The position numbers were made by a program, and so were the translations under genes. Positions 56,601-64,000 of a stretch of 64,000 nucleotides of DNA are shown here, in pieces; the stretch's first letter is position 1; each line of letters starts with the position of its first letter. This DNA comes from Parcubacteria group bacterium GW2011_GWC2_42_12 (GTDB lineage: Bacteria; Patescibacteriota; Patescibacteriia; Patescibacteriales; GWC2-42-12), in contig LCCP01000002.1 in the NCBI GenBank assembly GCA_000997945.1, positions 14,284 to 78,283 on the forward strand, written 5' to 3'. Under the pieces are notes generated by a model that made no database searches, was not told where the DNA came from, and saw nothing but the letters and a program-made list of their open reading frames with translations.

Positions 56601-59600
56601 CAATGCAAAGCTGGTGCTGACGCGCAAACAGTTTGTTTCCCGGAAATAAAATCTTGCGTTTATGAGTGGAATTTTAGTACTTTGGGCAAGACACAATGTT
56701 TAGCAACTCAGACTGTGTGCGGACGTTCTTGCTGTGCTCCAGGCGATGTCTGCGTTGATCCGAACGGCAATAACGGTAACGGCAGGTGTGATAGCATAAA
56801 TTGTCCAAATGGTGTCACCTGCGGTAATAATTGTTGTACAGTCAGGGCTATTTGTAGCGATGGGTTATGTTCATCTCCTCAAGTTTGCGCAGCTGGTCAG
56901 GTATCCTGTAACATTCCAGGCGCGCCAGCCGGCACCCCGCCGAATTGTTGCAATAACGGTCAATGCAATCAGTATACCGGCCAGTGCGATAGTTGCCCGC
57001 CGAACCAACCCGATCAATGCGGCGACGGCAGTTGCTGTAGTGATACGGCTAATTGTCGAGATATTGATAACAATCCAGCCACCACACTAACTGTTTGCGC
57101 TGATCCAGAATCCTGTTCCGGCTATGGCGGCGCGACCCAGGGTTGCTATGGCCAACTGTGCCCGAACTCGCCGGGTAGTTGTTCAACCAGGCCGGCGCAG
57201 ACAAACGTTGATACTGGTGTAAGTTGCGGTAATGATGCTTGCTTAGCCATAAGCCAATGCCGAGGCGCGGCTGTTGGGCAAAATTTGTGTTCCTATAATG
57301 CAAGCTTTAATAAGTGTCAGAAAATTTCTGACATTTGCAGTTTATCAAGGCCATTATCAGGGAACGCAAGTGTCACAGAAAAATGCGGTACGGTTGATAA
57401 TAAAAATGTTTGGTATTATGACAGCAATCAAACCTGCGTTAGCGGTTATACCAAAAGTATTGATAGAAGCAAATGTTTGGGCGCGGCTTGCAATATTTGC
57501 TCAACCGGTTTTAGTTGCCAGTCAGACGGTGGAGCCGGAATTTGCGTTACTAATGCAAATATTTGTCCGGTTAGTTCAATTTGCAATGCCAGTGGTAGAT
57601 GTATTAAAACCGACAACGCCGCTTGCGAATGCTGTTGTGATATAACACAAAACGATAGTACCAACGGTAATAATCCCGGCTGTTGTACCGGTCTTAGCTG
57701 TGGTGGCACTTGCGGCGCAGATACTAGTTTAACTGACGGTCCTGGCGGTAGTAGTAATATAGGGTTGGGCCAATGCACCGGCTGTACTAATGCGGGTTCG
57801 GATCAAGCCGCTCGTAACGCGGCTTGCAACTGTTTGGGTACCAGCGGAAAATTTTGCGATACGGCCGGCGCGGGCGGTAAGGGAGTTTGTAAAGATTGCG
57901 CGCAACTATCAACCGCTGGTTTATGTTCAGGTTTAGGCGCAGGCACCTGCTGTGTTGATGCCAAAAACAGTAATGCTTGCCGCAAAAATACGGCATACAA
58001 TGCCTCTGGAGGGCCGGTTTATGCTACCGGCGCGACAGGAGATGCAAATAATTATTGCGCTTATTATAATTGCGGTACCGGCAGTTCGGCCAATCAGTGC
58101 CAAGCCGCGCCGTTAAAAAACGGTAATTATAAAACAACCACTTGTGATAACAAATGCGCTTTTCCGCCGCGATTCGGCCAGGAGTGCGTCAAGATTTTGC
58201 CAGCGCCAGCCGCGCCGCAATGCGATAATAGCATCTGCGCCGGTTTTTCTTGCTTAAACGATACATATCCAACCGTCTTGACGCCACCCAATAATTGCGG
58301 TATTTGCTGTTGCGATCCGAATGCCGTGACCGATCAATGTAGCGCTATTAATGATAAATTGTCTTGTATAAAAAATAAAGGGTTATGCGCGGGCGCTAAC
58401 CGCGGTTTGTGTTGCGGCTGTTCTAAAGATAGCGAGTGCGGCGATGCGGCCACGGCCGGTTGCGGATCTGACACTTGCTGCCAGGCCAGGCCAAGTGTTA
58501 TTTCTACCGTACCGGCTAATGGAGCGACTAATATTTGCCGCAACACCATGATTAAAGCTACTTTTAATCAGGCCATGCAGATAGGTACTTTGGCCGGCAA
58601 TGTTATCGTGGCCGGTGATTATGGCGCCAGCCAATGCCCGGCCGGCACCGAGTATTTAACCGCTGTTTATAAACCTACTATTCTAGCTAGGGTAAAATCA
58701 TTTTTATCTAAACTGCCGTTGGTTAATAAATTATTCGCTTCTGACGCCTGGGCGCTGCCGGGAAATTTCTGTACTGTTTTGGGCTCGGCCAGCGGCTATA
58801 TTAGAACCGGCGCAAGCGGAGTCGAAACAACCATTATGGAATTTAAATTACAAAAAGCGCTAGAGCCGAATCAGAAATATTATGTTATAATAAAAGGAGA
58901 TTCTGATTTAACCGACGCGGTAAATAACGGAGTTTTAAGCCAAGCTGGCGTTGGCATGAACGGGCAAGGTTATAATTCTGTGAATCCGGCCATCTTCAAC
59001 GGCTTATCTTTTGTTAATGCTAAAATTTGGTCATTTACAACTAAAGCCAGCGCCAGTTCTGACAGCGGCATTTGCCAAGTGGATTCAGTTTCAATCATTC
59101 CGTCAAGTTATTTATTTAAGACGGCGGCAAGCGAAAAGATTTTTCAAGCCACAGCTTATTCGGCGGACGGGCAACCGATCACGCGGCTTCCGGCCGTATA
59201 TAACTGGCGATGGGACTGGACGGTTGATAATCAAGCAGTAGTAAAATTTAAGGAGGGAGTAGCAGCGGCTGATAATTCCGAACAAACCTTAGTGGCCCAG
59301 AACATTAAAGATGCCAATACTTTACTTCATGCCAAAACTACTATTACTCAAGACGCAATTGGTTCAACTATGGGCGCGACCGAAGAAGCCGCGGCGCAGA
59401 TTTATGTATTTTTATGCGCTAATCCTTGGCCGCTTTTTAAAGATGACGGTTCTTGGGAGCCGTGGCGCGACTCGTCTAACTGCAACGTTCCTGGCACCGC
59501 TGGCACCGGTTGTCCAGATACTGGTTTTGAATTATATTATTGCCGCGATGCCGGCGGCGAAGGAACGGCTGATGATTTGCCGGCGATTTTAAGCAATACG

Positions 59601-60989
59601 ACGGTTATTAGAGGCACAAATTTAAAATGCAGGAGTAATAATTTAAATTGTGATGATGGGGCTGGCAGTTGCGCAAGCAAGGTTAAGGGCGATACTTGTG
59701 GTGACGGTAGCGGCAAATGCGATTATAATGTAATTGGTAGCTGTTCAGTAGACGCGGCCGTCGATAGCGCTTGTGGCAGTGGTACCTGCCAAGTTGATCT
59801 TTTAAAAGAATTATATTTTTTCCGAGAGAGCTTGCCTAATGTAACCGGTATAACTTTAGCCACTACGACTAATGATGAGATTAAAAAGGGCGGCAAGGCG
59901 GGACTGACTTGGTCGGCAATTATACTACCTACTGTACCGCCAATACCAGTTTTAGATAAATATAAAGTTTACTATGGCACGGCTAGCGGTAATTATACTG
60001 ATTCAATTGACGCTGGTACGGCTACCAGCAAAGAAATAAGCGGTTTAACCAATGGCAGAAAATATTATTTTGCGGTTACGGCTAAATATAAAAGTGGAGC
60101 TGAAAGCGCTTATTCAAATGAAACCACGGCGATTCCGGCCGATACTACCGCGCCGGCCGTGCCAAGCATTTTATGGGTTTTACCCACGACCGATTCCACG
60201 GCGACTATTGGCTGGCGGTCCAATAGCGACGACACGGTCAATTATAAAGCATATTATGGCGCGTCTAAAGATTCAGCCGGCGCAATCATATATGGCGCGT
60301 CTATAAATGTGAATAAAAGTAAATGCTTTGGCCCCGGCTGCATGGCAACTATTACTAATTTAAATCCAGGCACAACTTATTATTTCGCGGTTGCCGCTTT
60401 AGACGCGGCAGCCAATAAAAGCGCCACATCCATAGAAAAAAGTTTGAAGATGGTTTTGGCGTCCAGGGCCAAAGATTTGGCCCAGCTGGCAGCGGGCTTC
60501 TACCGTTATGCCGGCGAGCATGGCGGCGCGTTTCCTAACTATGGAGCCTCTTGCCTCGGAGTTCCCACAGAACAAAGATGTTGGAATGGCTATGTAACAA
60601 ATTTAAGATGCAGCGACAATAGCGGCAACTGCGTAGACATAGTTAAAGGTCAACCCTGTAGCGATGGCAACGGCATATGTACTAACATCGCTGGCATATC
60701 TGGCAACACAGCCCTTAATAACGCGCTTGCTCCCTATATCTCTAAAATTCCCTTTGATCCTAAAAAACCCAGAAGCGTCGGCGATGCCTATATATATTTT
60801 CAAGGGAATGCTGATATTAACTGTTATGAGGCAACCAGGGAATCTGGAGCTTGGATCGTCTGGGAGCCGGATAGATTATTTTATACAAATGATCGAGACG
60901 ATTCTTTTTGCGGATTAAATAGCCGGACAGCGTGTTGCAGCGCGCTTGGTTGTAGCGCTAACTCGTTTTGCGTTTTTAAAATGAATTAA
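53694..60989 (+). CDS. Giant (2431 aa) pilin-anchored Cys-rich surface protein with Ig-like, IPT/TIG and FN3 domains and a C-terminal pseudopilin-like domain
   Basis: Same pilin motif; G.FVTI.G..FG...WSD.Q (IPT); long CC-rich stretch; YKVYYG...L.NG..YYFAV.A (FN3); RAKDLAQL...FP...YISKIPFDP. Confidence 0.85.
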   Translation: MTKIIKKILLIVCLLIAVFTVAHFALALDVGLDEVSSEIGLAVVDPRIIVARVINIILGFLGIIAVGLIIYAGWLWMTAAGNEERIQQAKKILINAVIGLVIILSSFAIASFILSRLIAATSGGSGGGACGGGSTCAPDQHCCWDVCVPITTPCGSIPPPDSNSFRIISTIPRNLDAGAIRNVVIKAFFNKAADTVNLDTNFRVEKIADIDPVTGEPTDPADPGLPAIITNASRAFANGGRVVTFKDTTACGDEKNTPNCFAAWSKFKVTINGSANPLNGANGLFSIDNKPLSCSAGSICQFVFSTNNLIDASGPQAGIVPTQICKTEVGVPMKSDANTVTGWGRDDVGISGLSFYQQKLIPLPAGTEIQALVVPGNEEKYQSVEHTYLTTGMTVGDTYKLRVEAVDLADQLASSDFSTTIRPGHCCNGIKDGTETDIDCGGVGLDRCGACDGAACATDISIPTNNNNCSANNNLCASQFCTSQNSGVTSCQDAGYAAGTTNCCLCQRPPVITGVFPVGGFCSNDNNKTCLINGDCGTGNTCNTNTPNGAVGNFVTIVGRNFGAKPSSAGSGVFFSGTTAGTWVKATLADDDSLGNSHCTDNVWSDGQIIAIVPAGTAGNPIKNNSPINFFVNTISRPGICELTPNSGKTNDLITYYGIELTGNKAYFGNWTASTSALSSIFTDASGKQGTAQVSNIQTGRTTSFVAKGLVFSNYLSFTKEPEPYSGPVISSFDPKQGSAGQYVTISGRGFGNTKGASEVYFGTVAEDKKAGYNFPAICADSIWSDKQVIVKVPAKLSDPEVRGSYKISMKIAKGGGQYWEIDTNSLNPSQFDFNPALPLAPSLCKIEPIMGQTNSPISLWGEYFGVNSEDYSKVRFQLNHDQVGAAVTSWGVDPEAVPAGTRKPDKAVTTVHQDTVTGPVKAVKTEVIQGTAKELIGNGLNFTVGVCQNTAECGSESLCCSIGTPYAGQCKAGADAQTVCFPEIKSCVYEWNFSTLGKTQCLATQTVCGRSCCAPGDVCVDPNGNNGNGRCDSINCPNGVTCGNNCCTVRAICSDGLCSSPQVCAAGQVSCNIPGAPAGTPPNCCNNGQCNQYTGQCDSCPPNQPDQCGDGSCCSDTANCRDIDNNPATTLTVCADPESCSGYGGATQGCYGQLCPNSPGSCSTRPAQTNVDTGVSCGNDACLAISQCRGAAVGQNLCSYNASFNKCQKISDICSLSRPLSGNASVTEKCGTVDNKNVWYYDSNQTCVSGYTKSIDRSKCLGAACNICSTGFSCQSDGGAGICVTNANICPVSSICNASGRCIKTDNAACECCCDITQNDSTNGNNPGCCTGLSCGGTCGADTSLTDGPGGSSNIGLGQCTGCTNAGSDQAARNAACNCLGTSGKFCDTAGAGGKGVCKDCAQLSTAGLCSGLGAGTCCVDAKNSNACRKNTAYNASGGPVYATGATGDANNYCAYYNCGTGSSANQCQAAPLKNGNYKTTTCDNKCAFPPRFGQECVKILPAPAAPQCDNSICAGFSCLNDTYPTVLTPPNNCGICCCDPNAVTDQCSAINDKLSCIKNKGLCAGANRGLCCGCSKDSECGDAATAGCGSDTCCQARPSVISTVPANGATNICRNTMIKATFNQAMQIGTLAGNVIVAGDYGASQCPAGTEYLTAVYKPTILARVKSFLSKLPLVNKLFASDAWALPGNFCTVLGSASGYIRTGASGVETTIMEFKLQKALEPNQKYYVIIKGDSDLTDAVNNGVLSQAGVGMNGQGYNSVNPAIFNGLSFVNAKIWSFTTKASASSDSGICQVDSVSIIPSSYLFKTAASEKIFQATAYSADGQPITRLPAVYNWRWDWTVDNQAVVKFKEGVAAADNSEQTLVAQNIKDANTLLHAKTTITQDAIGSTMGATEEAAAQIYVFLCANPWPLFKDDGSWEPWRDSSNCNVPGTAGTGCPDTGFELYYCRDAGGEGTADDLPAILSNTTVIRGTNLKCRSNNLNCDDGAGSCASKVKGDTCGDGSGKCDYNVIGSCSVDAAVDSACGSGTCQVDLLKELYFFRESLPNVTGITLATTTNDEIKKGGKAGLTWSAIILPTVPPIPVLDKYKVYYGTASGNYTDSIDAGTATSKEISGLTNGRKYYFAVTAKYKSGAESAYSNETTAIPADTTAPAVPSILWVLPTTDSTATIGWRSNSDDTVNYKAYYGASKDSAGAIIYGASINVNKSKCFGPGCMATITNLNPGTTYYFAVAALDAAANKSATSIEKSLKMVLASRAKDLAQLAAGFYRYAGEHGGAFPNYGASCLGVPTEQRCWNGYVTNLRCSDNSGNCVDIVKGQPCSDGNGICTNIAGISGNTALNNALAPYISKIPFDPKKPRSVGDAYIYFQGNADINCYEATRESGAWIVWEPDRLFYTNDRDDSFCGLNSRTACCSALGCSANSFCVFKMN

Positions 60990-61055
60990 CTTTAATAGTT
61001 TGATCATTGGCGGAATAATAAGATTATTAAAATTATTATTAATAAAATAAATTTT

Positions 61056-61721
61056 ATGTTTGACGAACTAAAGAATAACCAAGCCGTACCGCCGGTTAAT
61101 CAGAGACCCTTAAGCGCGCCGCTAGCTCCGGCCGCGCCGGTCAGGGCTGAAGATATTTTCGCAGAAGTTGATAAGACCGCTAAACCGGAAGTTTTTAGGC
61201 CGAATTCGAGCGATCCTAACTCGCCCCGCGGCACCGTCATACCGCCGGAAACCGGTTGGAAAAAAAATAAGATGGCAGTCCTTGGTTTGTTGTTTGGCGG
61301 TTTGATAGTGGTCGTGGGCGGAGGCTATCTCGGCTTAAAATTAGCGACTACGAGGCCGGAGATTGATAACTCAACTATTATTCAGGAGCAACCTGGAAAC
61401 ACCGAAGTGGAAACGGCGACGCCAGCGCCGGCCGCCGAAGTTGATAATACGGCTGCTCCGATAATTCAGCAACCGGCCGCCGCCGTGGTTTTGGACAGCG
61501 ACCTTGATGGCTTGGCTGACGCGGAAGAAGCAACCTTTGGCACCGATATCAATAATTCCGATACTGATCAGGACGGCTTAACGGACCGGGAAGAGGCCAG
61601 AGTTTATCGGACTGATCCGTTAAATCCGGATACTGACGGCGATGGCTTTAAGGATGGCGACGAAATTAATAATGGCTATAATCCTAAGGGCGCGGGGAAA
61701 CTGTTGGAGATAAATAAATAA
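61056..61721 (+). CDS. Membrane-anchored protein with Ca-binding DxDxDG repeats
   Basis: TM then DSDLDGL, DTDQDGL, DTDGDGF repeats. Confidence 0.8.
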   Translation: MFDELKNNQAVPPVNQRPLSAPLAPAAPVRAEDIFAEVDKTAKPEVFRPNSSDPNSPRGTVIPPETGWKKNKMAVLGLLFGGLIVVVGGGYLGLKLATTRPEIDNSTIIQEQPGNTEVETATPAPAAEVDNTAAPIIQQPAAAVVLDSDLDGLADAEEATFGTDINNSDTDQDGLTDREEARVYRTDPLNPDTDGDGFKDGDEINNGYNPKGAGKLLEINK

Positions 61722-61820
61722 AGCCCCTTTAATAAAGGGGCGGCTCCGACCGCAAGGGAGGAGCGGGGATTTAAAAATGTGAAAAAGCATAAATCCTCCT
61801 AACCCCCTTTGTTAAAGGGG
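61722..61820. repeat. Empty DUF559-type repeat pair
   Basis: CCCCTTTAATAAAGGGG...GGGGATTT and AAATCCTCCTAACCCCCTTTGTTAAAGGGG with no gene between. Confidence 0.7.
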
Positions 61821-61832
61821 ACATTATAGAAT

Positions 61833-62855
61833 ATGTTTAATCCTTTAAATTTTTTTAAGAAAAAATTAGCCGAATCGCCGGATTCTCTAAACAAACCAGC
61901 TGAGCCGGTCGTAGAAAAGCAAGTTCAAATTGATGATATTGCCATTCATACTATGCCGGAACGTTTCCGCCATCAGCCAAAAAAGGCGGATAGCGCCAAA
62001 ATCACCGGTTTATTGATTATTGGCGGCGGCGTAGTCATTTTAATTTTAGTTTCAACGGGGTTATATTTTTATTTATTTAAGACGCCAACCGTTACCGTTA
62101 AAGAGGAGCCGTCGACAGCCACGGTCACTCCGGCCAGCGAAAATCAAGTCCAGTCGGAAATTGATCAAAATACGGCCAGTTTAGGGACTTTAACCGCCAC
62201 GACAACTGAACCGACCGTGTTGCCGACTGACGATGATTTAGCCGCGGGAACCGCCAGCAGCGCTCCGGAGACGATTGAACAAGAATTAACCGTTGGTTTA
62301 ACGCCCGGATTGGATAGTGATAACGACGGTTTGACTGACGCGGCAGAAATTATTTTAAGCGCCAGCACTTCGACTCCGGATACTGACGGCGATGGTTATC
62401 TTGATGGCGCCGAATTGTTAAATCTGTATGATCCGGCCGGTTTGGGTAGATTAGCAACTAATCCTAATATCGCGCTTTATGATAATAAAACTTTTAATTA
62501 TACCGCGCTTTATCCGAGCGCTTGGCAAATATCCGTTAACGGCGGCGATGATTCAATCATGTTTAAAGCCGCCGGCAATCAGCTTTTGCAAATTATCGTT
62601 CAAGCCAATACGAGCCAACAGTCGCTTGACCAATGGTATATGGATCAGCTTGGCGCGATTACCATAAATGAGCCGGACAGAGTTTTCGGCGCCAATTGGC
62701 AAGGCATAAAAAGTTTAGACGGCCTGACTTTGTATTTAATGGACCCAAATCAAAAATACATTTTCACTCTGGCCTATAATCCGGGAGAAAATAATATTTT
62801 AGAATACATTAATATTTTTAACATGATGATTAAGTCTTTTAGCTTGAAAGAGTAG
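61833..62855 (+). CDS. Membrane-anchored protein with DxDxDG repeats and a C-terminal PsbP-like domain
   Basis: TM, Thr/Pro linker, DSDNDGL/DTDGDGY, Y..LYPSAW...MIKSF. Confidence 0.75.
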   Translation: MFNPLNFFKKKLAESPDSLNKPAEPVVEKQVQIDDIAIHTMPERFRHQPKKADSAKITGLLIIGGGVVILILVSTGLYFYLFKTPTVTVKEEPSTATVTPASENQVQSEIDQNTASLGTLTATTTEPTVLPTDDDLAAGTASSAPETIEQELTVGLTPGLDSDNDGLTDAAEIILSASTSTPDTDGDGYLDGAELLNLYDPAGLGRLATNPNIALYDNKTFNYTALYPSAWQISVNGGDDSIMFKAAGNQLLQIIVQANTSQQSLDQWYMDQLGAITINEPDRVFGANWQGIKSLDGLTLYLMDPNQKYIFTLAYNPGENNILEYINIFNMMIKSFSLKE

Positions 62856-62861
62856 CCATCT

Positions 62862-63302
62862 ATGGGAAAGATTGAAATCAACAACCGGTTAAACCGCAAA
62901 ATAGATTTAAAGCTGGTTAAACGGGTGGCGGTTGAATTCGCGCGCGTTTATAAAATAGAAGATAAAGAAATTTCCCTGGCTTTTGTCGGCGATGCCGAAA
63001 TTAAAAAAATCAATCAAGCTTATCGCGGACTGAAGGAGCCGACCGATGTTTTATCTTTCGCTGGAGCAGGGGATTATTTTGGGGAGATTATTATTGATTA
63101 TAGTCAAATCAAACGGCAGGCCGGTAAATTTAACCATAGCGCTAAACAAGAAATGATTTTTATTTTAGTCCATGGCTTACTGCATCTCTTGGGGCATGAT
63201 GATAAGACGGAAGCGGACCGATTAAAGATGATAGAGCTGGGCCAGAAATTTATATGTCATTGCGAGCGTAAGCGAAGCAATCTCACGAACGGCAAAGAAT
63301 AG
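62862..63302 (+). CDS. ybeY: rRNA maturation RNase YbeY
   Basis: N..YRG...PTDVLSF, HGLLHLLGHD (third His position reads D). Confidence 0.92.
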   Translation: MGKIEINNRLNRKIDLKLVKRVAVEFARVYKIEDKEISLAFVGDAEIKKINQAYRGLKEPTDVLSFAGAGDYFGEIIIDYSQIKRQAGKFNHSAKQEMIFILVHGLLHLLGHDDKTEADRLKMIELGQKFICHCERKRSNLTNGKE

Positions 63303-63408
63303 TTATAATATAATAGTAGCGAGATTTAATGAAATATAGTCATGCGTGAGATTGCCTGCCTACCGGTAGGCAGGCTTCGTCGCTCGAGTACGAGCTCCTC
63401 GCAATGAC
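63256..63408. repeat. GTCATTGCGAG-family element overlapping the ybeY 3' end
   Basis: ybeY reads into the left arm (CHCERKRSNL) and stops in the spacer. Confidence 0.85.
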
Positions 63409-63420
63409 AATCAGAGTTTT

Positions 63421-63795
63421 ATGATACGACTTCATAGGTTATTTAAAAGTTTCAGTTACGCTTTTAAGGGTTTAATCAAGACTTTCCGTGAAGAGCAAAA
63501 TTTACGAGTTCAGCTTAGCGCCAGTTTAATAATTGTAATTTTGGGGATCTATTTTAGAATCAGCCGCGGGGAATGGGGTTTGCTTACCCTGGCTATCGCT
63601 TTAGTTTTAATCGTGGAAGTTACCAACAGCGCGGTGGAAAGAATTACCGATGTTTTAAGGCCCAGGATCAATAGTTATGTTAAAGAAATAAAAGACATTA
63701 TGGCGGCGGCGGTTCTCTTATCGTCAATCGCGGCCATGGTTATCGGCTTATTTATCTTTAGCCCCTATGCGTATAAATTATTTGGACAGTTTTAA
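63421..63795 (+). CDS. dgkA: Diacylglycerol/undecaprenol kinase family protein
   Basis: SFSYAFKG...EQN, EVTNSAVE, IKDIMAAAV; follows ybeY. Confidence 0.9.
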   Translation: MIRLHRLFKSFSYAFKGLIKTFREEQNLRVQLSASLIIVILGIYFRISRGEWGLLTLAIALVLIVEVTNSAVERITDVLRPRINSYVKEIKDIMAAAVLLSSIAAMVIGLFIFSPYAYKLFGQF

Positions 63796-63836
63796 ATTAT
63801 TTTAGTATAATTACCATACAAACATAATCGCAACTT

Positions 63837-64000
63837 ATGAAAGGAAACATTATTGCCGGTCTAGACATCGGCTCAACGGCCGTTCGGCTGGTGGTTGGCC
63901 AGAAAACGGCGAATGAAGCTGGAGAACAATTGCAAATTTTAGGCGCGGTTACCGTGCCGGCCGAAGGCATAAATCGCGGCGTGGTTAATAGCATTGAAGA
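63837..64000 (+). CDS. ftsA: Cell division protein FtsA (5' partial)
   Basis: MKGNIIAGLDIGSTAVRLVVG...GINRGVVNSIE. Confidence 0.88.
   Translation, partial: MKGNIIAGLDIGSTAVRLVVGQKTANEAGEQLQILGAVTVPAEGINRGVVNSIE

Noticed and set aside
11319-63408. CRISPR array
   Set aside because: Repeats are dispersed inverted pairs, not regularly spaced direct repeats; no cas genes

Overview
64-kb chromosomal window from a Patescibacteria/CPR genome (Parcubacteria-like; inferred from CPR-type T4SS-pilin fusion proteins, a hydrolase-inserted LeuRS and gene content; genetic code 11). The backbone is housekeeping: ruvA, femX-like, murE, rpoB, rpoC, pyruvate:ferredoxin oxidoreductase (gamma-delta-alpha...beta), dsbA, pdaD, leuS, rsmA, topA, dprA, pth, der, an LCP protein, lepB, hisS, rpsU, yqeY, rel, ybeY, dgkA and the 5' end of ftsA. 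There are also two-component genes and two giant pilin-anchored Cys-rich surface proteins. The most striking unannotated signal lies in a ~3.9-kb toxin-antitoxin-rich island that splits the por operon. It is a 93-nt tRNA-Sec/allo-tRNA-like gene (6-bp D stem, long variable arm, 4-bp T stem, GAU in a weak anticodon arm, encoded CCA, own terminator). Directly upstream is a separately promoted and terminated ~78-nt RNA whose first 14 nt are perfectly complementary to that anticodon arm. Together they are a candidate RNA-RNA (tRNA-mimic/antisense) module. The window is also saturated with small palindromic elements: about 16 GTCATTGCGAG...CTCGCAATGAC elements whose spacers still translate as GIY-YIG nuclease C-termini, a DUF559 gene flanked by its own repeat family, nested mini-palindromes, and in-frame repeat insertions in essential genes. 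All calls are by eye; no database searches or folding programs were run.
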